The notes under the pieces are model-generated. The model was not told the DNA's origin and did no database searches. It was given only the letters and a program-made list of their open reading frames with translations. This document shows, piece by piece, positions 53,501 through 64,000 of a stretch of 64,000 nt of DNA. How positions within the stretch are numbered: the stretch's first letter is position 1; every line of letters starts with the position of its first letter. A program made the position numbers and the translations under genes. Source of the DNA: the human T2T-CHM13v2.0 reference genome, Homo sapiens; the NCBI RefSeq assembly GCF_009914755.1, contig NC_060938.1. One strand, 5' to 3'.

Positions 53501-54289
53501 TGGTCATGTTCAGTTCAGGTAGATTCTTAAGCTATAGAGTTTTTCTTCCACTGCTTCAGTATGACACATTTTACATTAAAAAAAGAAAAAGAAAGAAATG
53601 TAACTTACAAGAAGGCAGCCAGTATTTTATTCATTTTGCTGACATTTACTCATGAGAAGATAAGACTTATAGACCACTCAGTATTAAACCAGCATTGATT
53701 GAGATTCTTTCTATTCTGAGCCCTGGGCTAGATCCTGGAAAGTCTCTGCTTTCCATAAGCAGCTAGTATAACTATCAGGTAGAAATCTAACTAGTGATGG
53801 TAAAATAAGAAATATTATAAAGCTTGTACAGAAAGCTGAGAAAACACAAAGGAAGCACAACTAAGTGCCCATGAGGGAGGCTGAGTTAGAAGATCTGTCA
53901 AATAGGAGGCTTTGAAAGTGGGGTGAGATTTTGCCAGTCAAAAAAGGAAAATAAGAGGAAGGGCATTTTGGGAAAAGGATGTGAATAAAAGGCGAGAAAA
54001 GGCATGTTCAAGAAATGCTAAAGAGGGCTACTGAGGGGTGTGTGTTTGTCTGGTGTGTGTCTGTCTGTATCAGTGTATCTTTGTGCCTGTGTGTATCCGT
54101 ATATGTCGGTGTGTGAGATAGAGGATGGAAGGTGGGGAGAAATATGGAGATAACAGGGAGGTGGAAGTGCCTACATTGTCTGTGGTTAGTAAACCAGCCC
54201 ATTCCTTTGAACACTTGTTTAAAAAAAAAAAAAAAAAGTTAGGGCACATATCGATTAACACATTCTTTTCAATAAATGATGATACGATT

Positions 54290-55500
<1,211 letters not shown>

Positions 55501-56807
55501 GAAAAAACCTGAAAGTGATCATTGATATTTTAAAAACTCCATTCTATTATGTTTTAATAGGGATAGAGTGGTAAGAAAAGATATGTTTAAAGTAAAAACA
55601 ATACGTATTTTATAAACATACACAAAGATCAACAAATATATGCCATTATAGAAATAATGGTTGCCACTTACTGAGAATGATTTTTTATGTTCCTGAGAAG
55701 GTTTTTTCAGAAACTGAGAGCTTGAAAATCTTACCACACAGTGCTTCATTAGTAAAGCAAATCAAAGAAACTCTCTTAATTTGAGCAAAAAGCCCACATC
55801 TTCATCTTAATTACTGCCTACATTTTGCTGAAGCTAAGGTTGTTTTTGTTCAGGATGACTTCTGTGGGCTGACAAAAAAAATTACAGCCTGTTGTAGTTT
55901 CCCTAGACCATTACCATGATCACACAGAATTAAGCTTTCATTAAAATCATGCACTTAAAAGAAAGGGGTGGGGAGAGAGAGAGGGGGGGAGGGGAGAGAG
56001 AGAGAGAGAGAGAAAGTACCATTTATTCTGCATGTGAATGAAAAGAGAAATATAAAAATGACACCAATCAACCAGTACTCAATCTCCTGGCCCTGGCCCC
56101 AGAATAGAAGACCACGAAGTCACGCTTTCCCTAGAGTTGACATGAACCCTTTCCCTAGGGTTCACTTAAAACAGAAGTGATGCTAATAAAGAATCCTAAA
56201 CAAAGGCCATGGATTCATGCCATCTTTCCAGTTTGGGAGAGGGCCAGAAGAGTCAGGTAAAGTTAGGCATTAACCGATGAGACAGATCTAATGCCAATCT
56301 CGGAAGCTTCAGGTGGCCAGGGCTCATCCCTTTTATACTGTTTTATACCGTTGTCTCCCAACTCATTCCTACCACCTCTGTACACCATTGTCCTTGTCCC
56401 TCTGCCTCGAGGATGTAGGTGCAGAAGCAAAGCCTTGTCTGTTAGTTCCTGGCTTGACTAATCTATCTTACTGGTGATCCATTCAATAAATGAGAAACAT
56501 TATTCTGGCTGGGTCCTTTTGTATCTAAGTATAATATTATCTTTTGACTGTATATATTTTTGAACTAAAATAGGCTTATATAAACTCTGAACATAAATAT
56601 GACCTAGGGTTTTTTTCTTTAATAAAAGGAGAAAAAAACTATAGAAGAAATCTTCAATCACAGACTGAAATTACTTCAATTTTTTAAAATTCCAAATTCC
56701 AAATTTTAATGATCACAAATATATCTTTTAAGATATATACTCTACAGCTTAAATTTATTAAAAAATTATTTAGTGCCACTATTATGTTGACTAGAACCTA
56801 TCCACAA

Positions 56808-58436
<1,629 letters not shown>

Positions 58437-58727
58437 TGATAATTAGATCTTGATAGAATTTTAGAGTAACATTTTTTAAAATTGTAACTACATCCCACAA
58501 CTAAGTTACCATTTTTTTAAAGCTGGGTTTCTGTATTCTTTCTTGCTAAAAATATCACCAAGGTGAGTCAGAAATTTAAACATAAATATATGACACCAAG
58601 AATGTACCAGAAATAATGAATAAGTATTTTTATAGCCTTGCATTACAGAAGTGTTTTCTAAATATTACAGTTATTTCAGAAGCCATACAAAGAATAACCA
58701 ATTAGTTCATACAGAATTGAAATTCTA

Positions 58728-59020
58728 GCTGGGTATGGTGGCATGAGCTTATAGTCTCAGCTACTCGGGAGGCTAAGGTGGGAGGATCTCTTGAGACCAG
58801 GAGTTCTGGGCTGCAGTGCGCTATGCCATTGGGGTGTCCACACTGAGTGTGGCATCACTATGGCGACCTCCAGGAGTGGAGGCCCACCAAGTTGCCTAAG
58901 GAGGGGTGAAACAGGTTGAAAACAGAGGAGATCAAAACACCCATGCTGATCAGTAGTGGGATTGCACCCGTGAATAGTCACTACACTCCAGCCTGCAGCA
59001 ACACAGCAGACCCCATCTCA
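58728..59020 (+). pseudogene. 7SL (SRP RNA) processed pseudogene
   Basis: Alu-domain ends plus S domain (GAGTTCTGGGCTGCAGTGCGCTATGCC, GTTGCCTAAGGAGGGGTGAA, CTGATCAGTAGTGGGAT); many CpG-decay changes; A-rich tail. Confidence 0.92.
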
Positions 59021-59669
59021 TTTAAGAAAAACAAAATAAGATTCTGAAGGGTAAAAGTTACTTTAAATAGAGTTGAAAGAAGAAGCAGGAAAAATATTTG
59101 TAACAAACATGACACAAAAGAGGTGATTTATTTCATAAATAAAGGGCTCTTATAAATCAAATAAAAGCAGTCAAAAAATCAAAGTGGGACAAGGGGATGA
59201 GGAGGCCATTTCCATTACCTGTCATCCATTCTTTGATAAGAACAACGAACAATAGACCTTTTCTCAATCTTATGTAAACTATGGCACAATCACAATTTTA
59301 AGGCAAGGTCCTTAGCTTTACCCTTTCCAACAAGGTTGCTTATCTTAAACTCTTTCTGTATAGAAATTCCGGTGTTGCCACTAAAAAGAAGACACTCAAT
59401 TCAACAGAATAATGGGCAAAGAACATAAGTAGGCAATATAAAACAATCACATAAAAATATATTCAACCCCAGTCATCGTTACAGAAAGTTACATTAAGAT
59501 AATAATGTGATATCATTTCCCATCTATCAAATGAGTAAAGATTTAAGACTGAAGTTACCCTGTGTTAGAGAAAGTTAGGCAAATGGGCATTCTTATTTAT
59601 TATTGGTGGGAGTGTAAACTGGTACAACTTTAGGGCTGCATTTAATATATATATACAAAAATATATAGG

Positions 59670-59881
59670 GGTGTGTGTGTGTGTGTGTGTGTCTGTGTGT
59701 GTATGTCTCCTTTACCCAGCAATTCCACTTTTAGAAATTTATCTTATAGATATACTTGTATATACATACTATAAGTATATATGCATACTATAATGTATCT
59801 TATAGAAATACTTGCATATACAAGTACACAAAGACTACATATGTATGTATACGTTATATATGTGTGTGTGTATGTGTGTGC

Positions 59882-59946
<65 letters not shown>

Positions 59947-59953
59947 TTTTTTT
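59670..59953. repeat. Compound (TG)n/(TA)n/poly-T microsatellites within an old L1M
   Basis: (TG)n at 59670-59702; (TG)n(TA)n T~25 at 59856-59953. Confidence 0.9.
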
Positions 59954-59955
59954 AA

Positions 59956-61496
<1,541 letters not shown>

Positions 61497-62222
61497 TTCA
61501 CTGTGGTTTTTGATAATAGAGAAAAACTAAAAATAATCTAAGTCACTAAAAGGACTCTGCTAAAAAAAAATAATAATACATCCATGAATCCATGAAAACT
61601 ATGGCTATTAAAAAGGAAGAGGTGAGAGAATATATATAGACTTAATTTGATTTTTTAAGGTAACTTCAGTGAAAAAAAATAAGTTTTAGAAGCAATTATC
61701 ACATTCATGTAAAATAATGTGTGAGTTTGTACACATAGAAAATATCCAAAATGTGAGAGTGGTGAGCTACATGGAGTCATATTGAAGGAGCAGAGGACTG
61801 TATTGGGGAAAGGACACATTTTACTTGATATACTTCTGTGCAATATGAATATTTTTCCAAAGAAAAAAGTTAATAAGATGTGTTTTTATCCTATGTATGA
61901 AAAATGCTTGAATATTGTCAAAAACTACAAAGCCTGTTTGAACTTTTCTAGAAAAATTAAATTATACTTTGGAGGAAAAAATTATTTATGCTTTAAAATC
62001 AAAACATTTGCCAACTTTATTTAGACATTTTTTAATGTCCTCTTTGCCAAACTAGAAATAAACACTGAATCATAATTAAGTGATAAAATTAGAAAGAAAT
62101 GCTACCCTAGGATGATATGTTTAGTGATATATTTGTACAGTGATAGACGTTGATGGGTAAGTACAAAAGAAAACTACAACTGAGAAGAAGTGTGTGGCAT
62201 TAATCAACATGAGACCCAGTGA

Positions 62223-62555
<333 letters not shown>

Positions 62556-62699
62556 TAGTTTACTAGGATAGACCTCAATGTAATGAACTTTGTAGGCAGT
62601 TTACTGTGCAGTGGTAATTTAGGGCAACAAGTCTGGATCTCTCCTCTGAAGGTTAGTTGGCTGGTCTTCTTTATAAACAAGGGGGAAAATTACAGACTC

Positions 62700-63390
62700 T
62701 GTTTTACTCATTCATTATATGCTTAATTCATTCATTGTTCTATGCATCATTGATCGATTTTTTTTAAAATTTATTGAATACTTTGTATGTTCAGCTCTGA
62801 GAATAAGAAGTTAAAACACCATCCTTAGACTCAAATATTTGGAAGACCAAGGGTGGATAAGAAAAGAGGAAAATTACAAAACAAAGTAATAAAAGGTTTG
62901 TACAGAAAGTGAAGGGAACCCAAAGGAGAAGCACTAGTAAAAATTGGAGGGCCAGGGAAGACTTCCTAACAAAGGGAATGTCTGAACTGAGTCCTGAAGG
63001 ATGAAGGTGTTCCAGATAGGGAGAGGGAACAGTGTGCTAAGTCATAGGGGCGAACTGAAAAAACACACACATTTTGGGAAATACTCATAGTTCACTACTA
63101 TGTTAGCAGAGTTCTAAGAGGGGAATGGTAAGGCCAGGGAGAGATGAGCAGGGGTCAGGTCATGAGGGACTTTGTTTGTCATACTGAGAGATCTGGAATT
63201 CATTTGGAATTTGTCCTGATGATTATGGGTTTTAAGCAGGAAGATGACATGATGAGGGCTGGGTTTTAGAAAGATGTCTTGGGCAGCAGTGTAAAGAAAT
63301 AAAACTAGGTGAGAAATATGAAGGGATAGTATGATACTTAAAGGCAGGAAAATTAGTGAGGAAGCAGTTGCAGTAACATAGGAAGGAGAT
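62700..63390. mobile_element. L2 fragment
   Basis: TTCATTCATT tail; TCTGAACTGAGTCCTGAAGGATGAAG, GGGTTTTAAGCAGG motifs. Confidence 0.7.
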
Positions 63391-63399
63391 GCTGAGGGC

Positions 63400-64000
<601 letters not shown>

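Overview
Human (primate) genomic DNA rich in Alu elements, containing the 5' half of ARMH4 (C14orf37) on the minus strand. It has a CpG-island promoter and exon 1 (~31032-31170), a 1425-nt exon 2 carrying the ATG (18314), and phase-1 exons 3 and 4; the gene continues off the left edge. Its introns hold a 5'-truncated, internally deleted, polyadenylated HERV-W retrocopy (1235-5115) and a UBA52 processed pseudogene. The upstream 32 kb is repeat-dominated (Alu, L1M, L2, MIR, MaLR LTRs, Tigger3) and includes a 7SL pseudogene and a heavily decayed RPS2 retrocopy. The most interesting observations are: (1) back-spliced ARMH4 exon 2, 2-3 and 2-4 circles would all be stop-free reading frames, and exon 2 is flanked by inverted Alus; (2) a 17-aa uORF is in frame with the main CDS and separated from it by one UGA; (3) a near-perfect CTCF motif lies inside an MLT1 LTR that splits an older C-rich minisatellite; (4) several repair or retrotransposition scars, including a 118-bp templated insertion with junction hairpins, a tailless Alu and an Alu micro-inversion. 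Repeat subfamily names and boundaries are by eye and approximate. No new multi-gene system is supported.
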